Of a stretch of DNA of 64,000 nucleotides, positions 49,230-61,208 are shown piece after piece. The stretch's first letter is position 1. Each line of letters opens with the position of its first letter. The DNA comes from Ylistrum balloti (taxonomy: Eukaryota): positions 1 to 64,000 of the forward strand of contig NW_026782462.1 in the NCBI RefSeq assembly GCF_031769215.1, written 5' to 3'. The position numbers and the translations under genes were made by a program. A model generated the notes under the pieces. It did no database searches. It saw nothing but the letters and a program-made list of their open reading frames with translations, and was not told the DNA's origin.

Positions 49230-50337
49230 TAGCACATAATATACAGTCTGTTGACATAACCTCCAGACATTCTTGTCTATAACATATCAAAAACAGAATG
49301 CATACATAGCCTCCAGACACCCCTGTCTATGACACATTAGTTATGTTAAGTTCACATAACCTCCAGACACCCCCGTCTATGACACATTAGTTATGTTAAG
49401 TTCACATAACCTCCAGACACCCCTGTCTATGACACATTAGTTATGTTAAGTTCACATAACCTCCAGACATCCTTATGTATAGCACATATTATATAGTCTG
49501 TTGACATAACCTCCAGACATCCTTATGTATAGCACATAATATATAGTCTGTTGACATAACCTCCAGACATCCTTATTCACATAACCTCCAGACATCCTTG
49601 TCTATAACACATCAGTGATGGTAAGTTCACATAACATCCAGACATCCTTGTCTATATCACATCAAAAACCGAATGTTCACATAACCTCCATACATCCTTG
49701 TCTATAACACATCAAAAACAGAATGCTTACATAACCTCCAGATATTCTTGTCTATAACACATAATATACAGTCTGTTTAAAAATCTCCAGACATCCCTAT
49801 TTTTAACACATCAGTTATGTTAAGTTCACATAACCTCCAGACATACTTGTCTATAACATATCAGTTATGTTATGTTCACATAACCTCCAGACATCATTGT
49901 CTATGACACATCAGTTATGTTAAGTTCACATAACCTCCAGACATCCTTATGTATAGCACATATTATATAGTCTGTTTACATACCTCCAGACATCCTTATG
50001 TATAATAAACAGTCTGTTGACATAACCTCCAGACATCCTTGACTATAATACATTAGTTATGTTAAGTTCACATAGCCTCCAGACATCCTTGTCTATAACA
50101 TATCAGTTATGTTATGTTCACATAACCTCCAGACATCCTTGTCTATAACACAGCAGTTATGTTAAGTTCACATAACCTCCAGACATCCTTGTCTATGACA
50201 CATCAGTTATGTTATGTTCACATAACCTCCAGACATCATTGTCTATGACACATCAGTTATGTTAAGTTCACATAACCTCCAGACATCATTGTCTATAACA
50301 CATCAGTTATGTTAAGTTCACATAACCTCCAGACATC
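49230..50337 (-). repeat. 50-bp minisatellite (~23 units) overlapping the stop codon of copy 3
   Basis: Plus-strand unit ttatgttaagttcacataacctccagacatccttgtctatracacatcag with 50-bp period; two unit subtypes are present. Confidence 0.92.
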
Positions 50338-53300
50338 CTTGTTGGCGCTCTGCATAAGAACATGAACGTTTGAACATTTCTGCAAGTCTTCACATACACA
50401 TTCAAAGTCACATTGAGGAGCTGTAGAATTGGAACGTTGTGAAAACATCCTACAGATTGCGATATCCGATTCGAGGATACATTTGTCACTGTTAGAAGGT
50501 CCTGATGTTCCAACCTGAAAATAACCAAATGCTATACATAGAACATTACTTAGACAAACAAACATAAAATCTTACAATGTTAGCTTTTTTGTATTATGCT
50601 TCATTGCTTGGAAAATGTGAGTAATGCGCAATTAACTGTTCTCGAAACGAGGTAACAAAAAGATTGATTCTGAAATCCTTTAGATATGATGATAAAATGC
50701 TTTAAATACGAATACTTCTTAAATCCCCTATTGAACTTAACAATGCTCAAAGCTTTAATATTTTTTCAACAACAAAATCTGAAAGAACCTAAAATTCATT
50801 TCGTGTCATGACTTTTATCTATGATGATAAATCTCATTCAAAAACAATTGCGTTTATCAAAACTGCTAAGTTTATTTTCCTAATCGATATCAAACAATTT
50901 ACCTTTCTATTATAATTCACACTTCACTTATTAATCACCACAGTAGTAGTTTCAGTATCAATAAGTCAACGTTGGCCACTTGTAGGTTTGCGTTCTAGAC
51001 TGCACATATATATGCTAAAATTAGATAATTGAAACTTACAAGTAAGATTTTTTGTCCAACTCGAGAACACTCTATGTTTTCACCAGTCACGTGAACTACA
51101 AATTTCTGTGACATCACATTGAATAGACTCAAGTCTTTAATCATCAGCCACAACATAGAGGGGGAATTCCCCGGTGTGGGCAAATCAAAGCAAGTATTCA
51201 AGTCCTGGTCCAGTGCATATGGTATTTGTCTGTACAATCTGTTGTTGTCATCTATCATTACGGTAATATAGCGTTTCACTGAAAAAATACATAGGAAACA
51301 TAAGTATGTATTTCAACCTAAAACCTAAGGAATTCTATATTATATATTACTCTCAACAGCGTGTTATTTTCGTCTTTTATTACTGTCATATATGTTTTAA
51401 CTGAATTAGGAAGATTTTTTTCATCAAATTGTCTTTTTTTCAAACTGTGAACACTTTTCCTCAAAATCATGGCAAAGTTACTTATTCACGTAAATGTGTA
51501 CTGGTATTACTTTGTTTTTTAACTTTAAAAAAAACTATAGTTTCTAAAATCGTTTGAAATAGAAACATGCATGAATTATGGACGTCTATCTCCTTTGAAA
51601 TAAGTATGCAGTCAAAAGTGTAAGTATGAAAGAGATATTGACATTATACATGAAGACGTAGTCATTAATGATCAAGGTCAAAAGATAACTGCAAAATTCG
51701 TCGATTCATTATGATCAAGGTAAACTATTTAGAATAGCATCGAATTGCAGTCTCTCTGAAACACATACAATTATATTAAACTATCTGGAATAACTTTCAA
51801 CCATCTTTATGATAATTATACGAGATTTACTAAAAGCATCGTAGCCATCTACGAAAACGGTAGATAATAATTAAAAAAAGTAATCTATTGAATCATTTTG
51901 ATTACCAAAGAAATTTAAAGGCATCATTTGAGCTATCATCATCGAACATGAAATTACATTGAAACTTCAATATTAAAGAAAACTAGATATAAATGGAATT
52001 ATATTGAATTATCATCAAAGAAAGCCAAGTGTTATTACGTTGAACGATCATCATGAACGAACATACATGGAAAATCGTCGTATATAAAAATATATATTGA
52101 ATTACGTAGAATAATCATATTCAAATATAATTATGTGGAGTTATGTTGAAGCAAATGATATTTACTACCAAGAGATGCGTTTGAGATGTGATAGCTTTGT
52201 TGAATTGCACTGAATACAAGTTAACATTTACTTTTTTCTGGTTTCATCTTTGAGTTGTTTTTATCTGAAATTGCCATATAAAGATATACTTACGCGGTTC
52301 CCACACAGTTGTCACTTTGCAAATCACAGTGCAAGGAGTGGTCGAGAAATAGAAGTAAGCTATAATCGTTGGATGCTCTAACACATACACGTTAGTGTTT
52401 TTCTTCCACTGCATGAAATAAACACGTGTATTTAAGTCCATTTATGTTAACACAGCATTGCTTACATTGCATTTTCTTTATAATAAATATTTCGTTTTCA
52501 CCTCCTTTTTATGAATAGATTATGGAATATTCAGTCATTTTGGTGGAATCAATGTTCCAATATATTCGACAATTTATCATATATCCTTGAGTCAAGCTCC
52601 ACATTCGGAATAAATAATGGCTAATCGTCCTTCAGGATTACAATAATTCAGATTTTATATTATTGATAAGGATATAGACCTCCCTCGTTGATATTAGAAT
52701 TATAAACTTCACAACATGAACAACGATTACTGTCTGAATCATCCATTTATAGAAAACAATATACATGCATCCCCGAGCTTTGGTATTTGATATAGCAAAT
52801 AAATATTCAAAAGCTTATTCCCAGTATCGCGACTTTTGTGCAAGATGTCACTTACTGAAAGACAAGCTGACAATATATGGTTTTGAAAGAAGCATGCTGA
52901 TGAAATTTTACGGTCGTCAGAATGATCTAATTGGAATTGTTTTTCTTGTGACTACATTTTTAAACCGACTTTTGATTTTTGAAAATATTTTAGATCTTCC
53001 CACATAAATGTAAAGCCTAGATTTGTTAACGGAAACATTCAGAATATCAAATGGGATATACATCATTTATAAGGGAGAACAAGGAACAAATATTGACGAA
53101 ATTTACATCATCTAACAAAATAAAACCAGGTGCCAATTGTAATGCATAAGTATCTAAATGGAAAGGAGAGAGTTTTTGTTTATCGGTTCTAATTCAACAC
53201 TTTCAATATTGTTCTATCGGTCATTAATCACCGAGTAAACCACAAACTTACTAGTAATGCCTTTCGATGGTAGTAGCTACCATTCAGACTATAGTGGTAC

Positions 53301-56300
53301 CATAGGCTTTCTGGGTCAACATCAAAAACCTTCACAATTGCTTTCAGAACTTTGAAATCGGGATGGTATTCCTGAGAAGAAAAGTAGCAAACATCAAAAA
53401 TATAAAGCATCGATACAAAACCAGAGCGGAAATATATTGGAATCCATCGGTAACAGACAATCTTATATGAGGTGTCATCGTAATTAGATATATCTAAACA
53501 CAACTAGTGGATATTATAACGCTCAACTATGATTTCATGAAATTTGATTTGCAAAGCTTTATCAATTCAACTTTAATTAAATCTACAAAAGATCCAATAT
53601 TTTTTCAACAACTTCAAATGTCTCCTCTCACCGCGAGAAATTTTAAGCGGAAAATCACGAATAGTGCAAATGGCATAGCCATTTTAGAAGTATGCATGTA
53701 TATAAATTTGAAGTTTACATAGGCACAATGTTGGGACAACAATATAGACCCTTAGCATGACTGAAAGGCCCTATAATATAATTCAATATTGCTTTATGGT
53801 TAGATGATAGTATCTTATTGCTGTAAATTTGCTGTCGATGTCAAGTTTAAATAATCAATCAAGCTCCTCCAGATTTTATAATAATTATAATTCTAATGAA
53901 CAATAATTGTCGAAAATACCCTTGGGTATTTGACCAAGGTCGCTGAAGCAGAAAAATCTTTCGGAACATTGGTCTTACTCTCCTTGTGGTCTGGAGTCTC
54001 CGTGTAATTGAAAATAGATCGGATTACGATTGAGTTGACATGTTTGTATTTTCTTGTTGTTTTAGTTACATATTTCTTATTATGTCACGGATCAAATTTT
54101 CACGACCTGGTTAATGTTCTAGGAAATAATGAAAATATCTGATACCATTCAGGAATAGGCTGCATTCTGGGGGTTTAAATTTCAGAAGACAAGACAGTAG
54201 CGATGTCATTTTCAAGAAGAAAATGTTAGAAATAACACATAACTCCTGCTAAACACATAGCCTAAAACACAATCCAACCATTCTATCCGTGCTTGCACAA
54301 GGTATCTCTCTCTTTTCAACAACTTAAATCTATCTAAGATAATCTCAGCTCATCATAACACTTTCTACTTCAACGCAACTTTTCTTGCCGAAATCTCTCA
54401 AAACCCTTCTAAATCAGCACATGCACACAAATTATAGATATAATTATATCAAGTCGGTAAGTATGTATGAGGAAGGAATTGAGTGGAATAACAGAAAGCG
54501 ATAGACATTGGAAAAGTAATAAAGTAGCTTAGTTAATAGGGTCAAGATCAGATCAAGGTTTGATTATAATTACACCACTAACCATAGCCCGGCGGACAGT
54601 GGTCCATGTGAGGTTGTCCACAATTGCACATTAACGATCCCTCTATGGTTTTTCGAAAACATGAATGTGCGATAACGGTGGTCAGGGTTGTAGGGATACT
54701 AAGGTATTAAAAGATCTTCAAAATTATCCTAACACAAACCAGATCTATGTAGGCCCCAAACATTTTACTTTCAGCTTCTGGACATGTTTTGACTACTAGT
54801 GATAGACGTTATTAAGCCCTGGAGCTGTCTATAAAGTAGTATAATCAAATGTTCATTGCTAGAGTCGTTCCCACTGAGGGGGATGCAGGTCGCCCCATCA
54901 CGTCGCCAGAACACTGACGTTGCAGTTTAGTTCCAAATTTGTTCCAAATATCAAAATAAATATGTTATATTGATTATGTATTCAATTTACTTAATTCTGT
55001 TCCTACTCACGATTGTTGGTTTTGGAATTGCCAGTTCTCTAGCCCAGACCGATACGTTGTTGCTGAGAATCCTGGCTTTGAACGACGACGCTTGAATGTT
55101 GTTAATATCATTGTCGATATAAGTCAAACGTATAGTCATGGTAATCATGTTAGGAGCGACTCCGTCGAGATATAAAAGAGCCACATTTGTCAACGATGTA
55201 TAATCGACGAGGACTTTCTCAATCATTCCATCATTGCGTCTGTTGAAGCAAAACGCCGTAAGTTGAAAGATGTCAACTAACAGGAATGATAATGATTAAA
55301 AAGCTACAAGCAACAACGATAAAAATAGAGTTATTTTCAAAAATAATAATATCTTGGAAAAACTGTGACCCTATCAACCTTTCTACACTTAGTCAAAAAG
55401 TGTTTTTGAGCTGCATGTTCTTAAAATGATGTTTAATGAAGAGGTTTTTCTAAACCTCTCCTGGAACAGCTTCCCGATACTGGACTCGAAGTTGTTGACA
55501 AATTGCATCAGAGGATTGGTCAAGGAGTTATCAGATTTGTAACAATTATCATACTATAGTGTAGCATGTTTTGGTAAGCTGGTAAAATAATCAAATACCA
55601 TGAAAAGAGATTTTCGATGCCATAGTATTTGAAAGGTCTAGTGATGTTTCATTTACATATGATTAGAATACTGTTTTACAGGCAATACGAATCATTAAAG
55701 TTTGTTTTCGATAAATGATAAAGATAAAACGGTACAGTCTTTTAAGTATTTTCCAAAACGATCATTGCGTTATATACATAATGCGAGTGATGAAATAAAT
55801 GTACTTTCATCCTACTGGTTCAATCTCTCCGAATAATGACCATTTATAATCTAAAAACCCTATGTTTATATCAGCTTTACCTATTTGCGATATTTTAGAA
55901 ATAAAAGCCATATATCAATTCAACATCGGTAAAGTGATAGCCGGACAGACGAAAGACTTGCTGGTAAAACACTGACAAAAGGAGCAATTAACTAAATGAT
56001 AAATACTCTGATATCTTTCTGTTTTAACTCCGTATTTATTTTATTCAATCTAAACATTGAGTTGAATACTATTAAATATTAAGAAAATCGTTTTTATTAT
56101 CATATAATGAATGCTTGTTCACTATAATACTTATACAAGTAGTTGAATCTATCAAAAGTGAGACGTGTTCTCGTGGTCATACAAAAAGTCTTTGAAACTT
56201 TTTTATTCAATTATTTCTCATGTTTTAAAATGCAGAGTAGCAAAGCCTGTTGAGACTGGCGGAGTTAAACATATATCAATATTAACTTAATAATATCATA

Positions 56301-59300
56301 ATACTTACAACCATAAACAGTAATAGAGCCAAGTTATTTAGTCGTGGAAAATAAAAGTTACTTAAAATATAAATCGATACGATATAAACTTCTGGCTGAG
56401 TCACATATTTTTCTTTTATTCTTTCAATGTATTTCTAAACATTTAACCTATGAGATTTTATCATCTGTTTTTTTTTCTCAGTTCACTTAACGCAGCCCAT
56501 GCTTTTCTACAATAAGTTAGTTTTTTCTACGATTTCAATCTATCTATGAAAGAAAGGAAAAAATCCGCAATGTAAAACACCAATAGAATTAAAAAGAACA
56601 GATTTATTTGATTAAATAATTAAATTTAAAAAAAAACAACCCTTTTTAATGCTTTCTTTCTAAACACCCACCTTTATTATTAATAAGAAGGATTCATTTC
56701 ACTACAATCTGCACCTTACCTTACAGAAACATTATTTTAAGATGTAATATTATCTTCTTGTTCTTACCTGGTTATATTTTCATGAAATGTACCGAAAATG
56801 TTGTATCCTCTTGAATAAGAAAAGCGACATATGGCCAATGAAGATCCTGTTGGCAGTTCGACCAATAGACGACCGTAAGATCGATCCCAGTCAGTTACTT
56901 GATCGATGACAACATCAGTGGTGAAGGTGATAGAGCGACATTTTTTCTCGTACAGATAAATTTTCATATACTTGGATAAAGGTGGTGTCTAAAACATTCA
57001 GGCAACAATGATTAAATTATAAGGAAAGAGTGTTTTATTATATGAATAACATTCGCGTAAATATATTTAGATCTTAATGGTTTTGTGTTTTGTTACCTTG
57101 GTACTTAATTTCGCTCTGTCTGTAATGAGCTTTAATAAAGCCAAATTAAATTCCCGCAAATATTTCAGTCATGCAGTATCTTCCCTACTACAAACCTGTC
57201 CGGTGCTTCCTTGTAAGATAAACAGATCATAAGAAGAAATTACATACCACAAATATTTCCTGGTCGGTGACATTAAAATAAAACTGGAATATCTGTGGTG
57301 ATCCTTTTCCCGGGTTTAAAAATTTTAGTTTAAGTTCATGTGATGAATAAGCTTCTGCGATATCCGGCAGTACAACAACCGATACATTTAAACTAAACTT
57401 TCCATCGTCGTTTGTCGATTGGTTAGTGTAAGGTATGTAAGCCAGGTACACCGCACTGTATTCGGACATTTTCCATCGTTCAAACTCGATACATGTAAGA
57501 ATGTTTACTCCAAAGCCTGTTGTAGTATTGACTCCTGCAATGACCACACCGTCCCCACCTGATCCACCATACCGCCTTACAGAAGAATGAAGTTCATATG
57601 CTCCAAAACTAAATGGCGGTACTGTCCATGTCAATGTTACATAGCCTCTACCACTTTTTGGCAATAACGGCGATGTTTGTAACGTCGTAACGTTTATCTT
57701 TTCTAACTGCAAATGATATATTTTACCATGTATTTTCGGATTACCGGAAAGCAGAAATACATGTTAAAAATGACTGAATTGAAAAAATAATAAATTATCA
57801 ACTATTTGTTTCGATCGATTTCGATCACCGTTACCCGTACTTGTTTAGTGATAACCTTCGAAATTGTAGGAGGAAACTTTGCTAATGAACTTTTCCTAGT
57901 GTCCGACTTTTGCTCTTATCTCGCCAATTACTGTTCACTTCCTAATCCCCACATGTTTTGGAATCATGTAGTACGGAAATGTTACAGATTTTATTGGAAT
58001 TTGGTGGTTGGTCACATTTACATATATAATAATGTCTGTATCGGACTATCAACATTCTCATAACTAGTCGTCTATATTTTCAAATCGTCGGTCCTAGAAG
58101 GATAAAGCAGCAGTAAATAAAAGTTAACTATCATTTGAGAAAAGCTGTATCCAAGACTTTATTTGTATATCTAATGTTTATTCTTTTGCGTCTTTTCTAT
58201 TATTCATTGAAGGGGCCTCAACTATAGCTAATTGCAAGCATGTACGTTTCAACATCAACAACACTACTGCTATATTTTTTCTACATACTACGAGATCAAT
58301 ACTAAACTAATGAAAGGTAAAAATAAAATGACAATCTAACAATGAATTTCAACACCCTCAATTATAAACTTACATCTGTTCTTTCGGTTGCGTTGAAATA
58401 TTTTGTTGTGGTTACGACCGACATGGAATCCACTTCCAATGATATGTTCAGATGGTAAGTCTCTCCAAAAATCACAGCAGTGTTCATCATTAAGATAACT
58501 TTAAAATCGATGTTATCGGCAGTAGATGAGGAAGTGCTTATGTCATCAAATCCTGTATTGAAGATATAGATTCCTCGGCATAATTGATAAAATGCATATT
58601 AATGGGGAAAACGTCGAGTAAAAATAGTGTAGGAAGTCAAAGAACAGACAATTTCTGTTCATGATAGAAACCCACATTTTTTTTAATGTCAGATGAGAAC
58701 TAATTAATGATTTAGCAACACAATACATCTTCATTTTCGTTCGAAATGGTCTGATTTTAAAGTTAATAAATTACAATGAATAACTGTCATAAATGACTGA
58801 CCACGAACTACAGACTAAAGGAAGTTATTGGACTTTTTAAGATTTTTGCACTCGATTTACTATATTAGTATATTGCACAATGCTCTGGTTACCTTTGTTC
58901 GGCACGTAACCGAAGTCCATAACTCGAGTATCTGGACCTTCACCACAGAAATCATCCGTATAATAAACATGCCCACTAGTTGTAGGTATGATGTCTTTGA
59001 AGTGCTCTCCAACAGACTGTACAGATATCGAAGCGATCCTAAGAAATTTGGTTTGACTTCTTAGCACTAGTTTGTATGCTGATAAAGGACTTTTAAACGA
59101 AGCATTTAGATAGAATACTTTCAAACTACTTGCTGAAAAATCTCCTATGTTCGGAATGTCTGTCGAAAAGTTGAACTTAATTGTTGAATTCTGCAATTAA
59201 CGGAAACATTGTAATCTGTAATTTGTTTGATATGGTAACAGTTACAGGGGAAAAGAAACAAAGAAACAAATAATGAAATTAATTTACGAGGACTCTGGAT

Positions 59301-61208
59301 AGTTATTGAAATGTTCTCTTTGTGTAGTGATACTAAGTAAGGAGAGCTTCTCGTAGTAGTAACTATGTCTCAATGTGCCGCATTGATGTAAAACAATGCG
59401 GTTATTTCGACCAAAAAAGGGGCAAAAGGACATAATTAAATAGTTGTGAATGCTTTTCAATGATCCATAACATTAGAAAATAAGAAAGCAGAAGATATAG
59501 CTAGGATAACCAAAGTGTCACAGAACATATCTATACGTCTGAACATACATGAGCAGGTCTCAACACAAGGACAGAAGCCACTCCTATTGACATGCTTTCT
59601 GAAAGGAACGTAGCGTTTACAGTTCGCGTTGAATTTCCCGAAATGCCATCTATGTTAGCCATGAGGTATTCTACAGCTAGTTTCATGAGACAGAAGGTAC
59701 ACTTGTGGGTTGAAGTAACGGAGCTGGAACCTTCAGAAGTGATTAGTAACTCAGTAGTAATATCTAGCGATTTCCGAGTACCATTGCAGTCAATGTTTCC
59801 AAAATGATATGTAGCCTTGGTAGGAAAATGTACAGGCTGGAACGAAAATAAGAATATGACTTATTTGACTTGATTCAAACTGCTAGATAAAAAGCGTCGA
59901 CCTAAAGAGTATGTGTGACGTTTTTTTCCGCGTTGTAAACTTAATTTTGCATTTACTCTTATTTATTAAAAGCGTCGACCTAAAGAGTCTGTGTGACGTT
60001 TTTTCCGCGTTGTAAACTTAATTTTGCATTTACTCTTATATATTATGTCGTCTGTAGTCAAACAGAATTGATACTGTTGGTCAGCTCGAGCAGGAATCAC
60101 ACTCTATACCTGATCTTTTGGTATACACATTTAATAATACCTCCATAATCACTTACCCGTGCTGCTGTCTTGATCACAATTGGTTCATATATTCCTTTTG
60201 TCAGTGTTAAAGAATCGTCACGAGATTCCAGGTAAACATCTGATATTATCACCGACGTGTCGGGGGGTGTCACGAGATGGATGGAAGCGTTTTTTGTAAG
60301 TCCATGTGGAATATACAAATCATGTACAAGCGTTTTTATTCTTCCCGGATAAATATATTTGTCTGTGTCTTCAATGCATATTTTGTATTGTGAACAATTC
60401 CTAACAACAGTGGTTTCACATGTTTTCGAGACAATACCTGGAAGTCCTGTGAAAGAACAAGAACGACATTCATTGATTTGGCAGGATTCATGTAATGATA
60501 TTCCACTTTCATTTTATAACTTTTATGTCTTTTTTTCTGAAATTATCTTATATATGAAAATTACGAAATATATTATGTTATGGAGCTATTGCATCCTCAC
60601 GTCTAAATTTTGACTTTTCTTCGACCTTTTAAATTTTTTCTTAGTCGCCTTAACATCACTGACGAGTCGCAGAAGGACGAAACAGCCGTATGATGTAGAT
60701 GAACTCATTATTTTGCTTTACTGTATCTAACTCTATATCTTATATCTTATATCGGCTTTCTTTCTTCATGTTTTGTTCATCATCACATCATACATTCAGG
60801 CTCGCTTCTTTTACGATTAATAAATATACAATGAAAGAACAGCACCTCTGAATCCAAATACAAGCTGTAATCTTAATTTAGGACCTCTGAATAATTCGGA
60901 TAAGATTCGTCTGTTTATCGGTAACTATAATCAATGAAAATAAGACTAACTATATTTCACGCTTGTGAATCATTAGCTGTGACTTATTTGATTCTTAACG
61001 CAGAACTGGAAGACATGTTTGTGTAATAGTTCAAATGTCAAAAAATATATGTATCAAATATTAATATAATTCCATCCAAAGTTAGAATAAAAATAATACT
61101 GCTAGTTGGTGCTGTTTGGTTAAATGAACAATGTATTATTATTTGGAGTCACTTACCTTGAACGTTGCAAGCCAATTCTATAAAAATTCCAATGAAATGA
61201 AGAAACAT
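50293..61208 (-). CDS. Paralog copy 3, complete 12-exon gene, 947-aa predicted secreted protein, more diverged than copies 1 and 2
   Basis: Exons (minus): 61208-61157, 60446-60157, 59836-59549, 59190-58893, 58552-58374, 57706-57248, 56988-56768, 55239-55011, 53503-53252, 52408-52294, 51278-51040, 50514-50293. They sum to 2844 nt with an open frame and the same intron phases as copy 2. Length differences from copy 2 are all multiples of 3. Confidence 0.8.
54130..54450 (+). mobile_element. Decayed I-group-like LINE RT fragment in intron 8 of copy 3
   Basis: Frameshifted WGFKF-SEDKTVAMSFSRRK resembles the GFKFS..KT..VHF motif after the RT core. The segment is absent from copies 1 and 2. Confidence 0.4.
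54560..54860 (+). mobile_element. Possible degenerate SINE with a Meta-domain-like core
   Basis: gcacattaacgatccc...ttcgaaaac resembles my recollection of the MetaSINE core. The insertion is specific to copy 3. Weak match. Confidence 0.3.
59890..60040 (+). repeat. 78-bp tandem duplication in intron 2 of copy 3
   Basis: aaaagcgtcgacctaaagagt...catttactcttat occurs at 59890 and 59968; copy 2 has a single version (~32920-32990). Confidence 0.9.
60653..60696 (+). ncRNA. Minimal type I hammerhead ribozyme, antisense in intron 1 of copy 3
   Basis: ACATCA-CTGACGA-GTC(gcagaag)GAC-GAA-AC(agcc)GT-A-TGATGT. Core CUGANGA and GAAA are intact; stem I is 6 bp, stem II 3 bp, stem III 2 bp; the cleavage triplet is GUA (cut after 60690). 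Confidence 0.7.

Noticed and set aside
54860-54925. GC-rich patch as an HDV-like ribozyme
   Set aside because: The loop-3 consensus and nested pseudoknot could not be built; it is more likely a repeat terminus.
60447-60536. Copy 3 as a pseudogene because of two TAA codons
   Set aside because: The stops lie upstream of a stronger in-phase acceptor (ttctttcacag, exon start 60446) shared with copy 2, so they are probably intronic.
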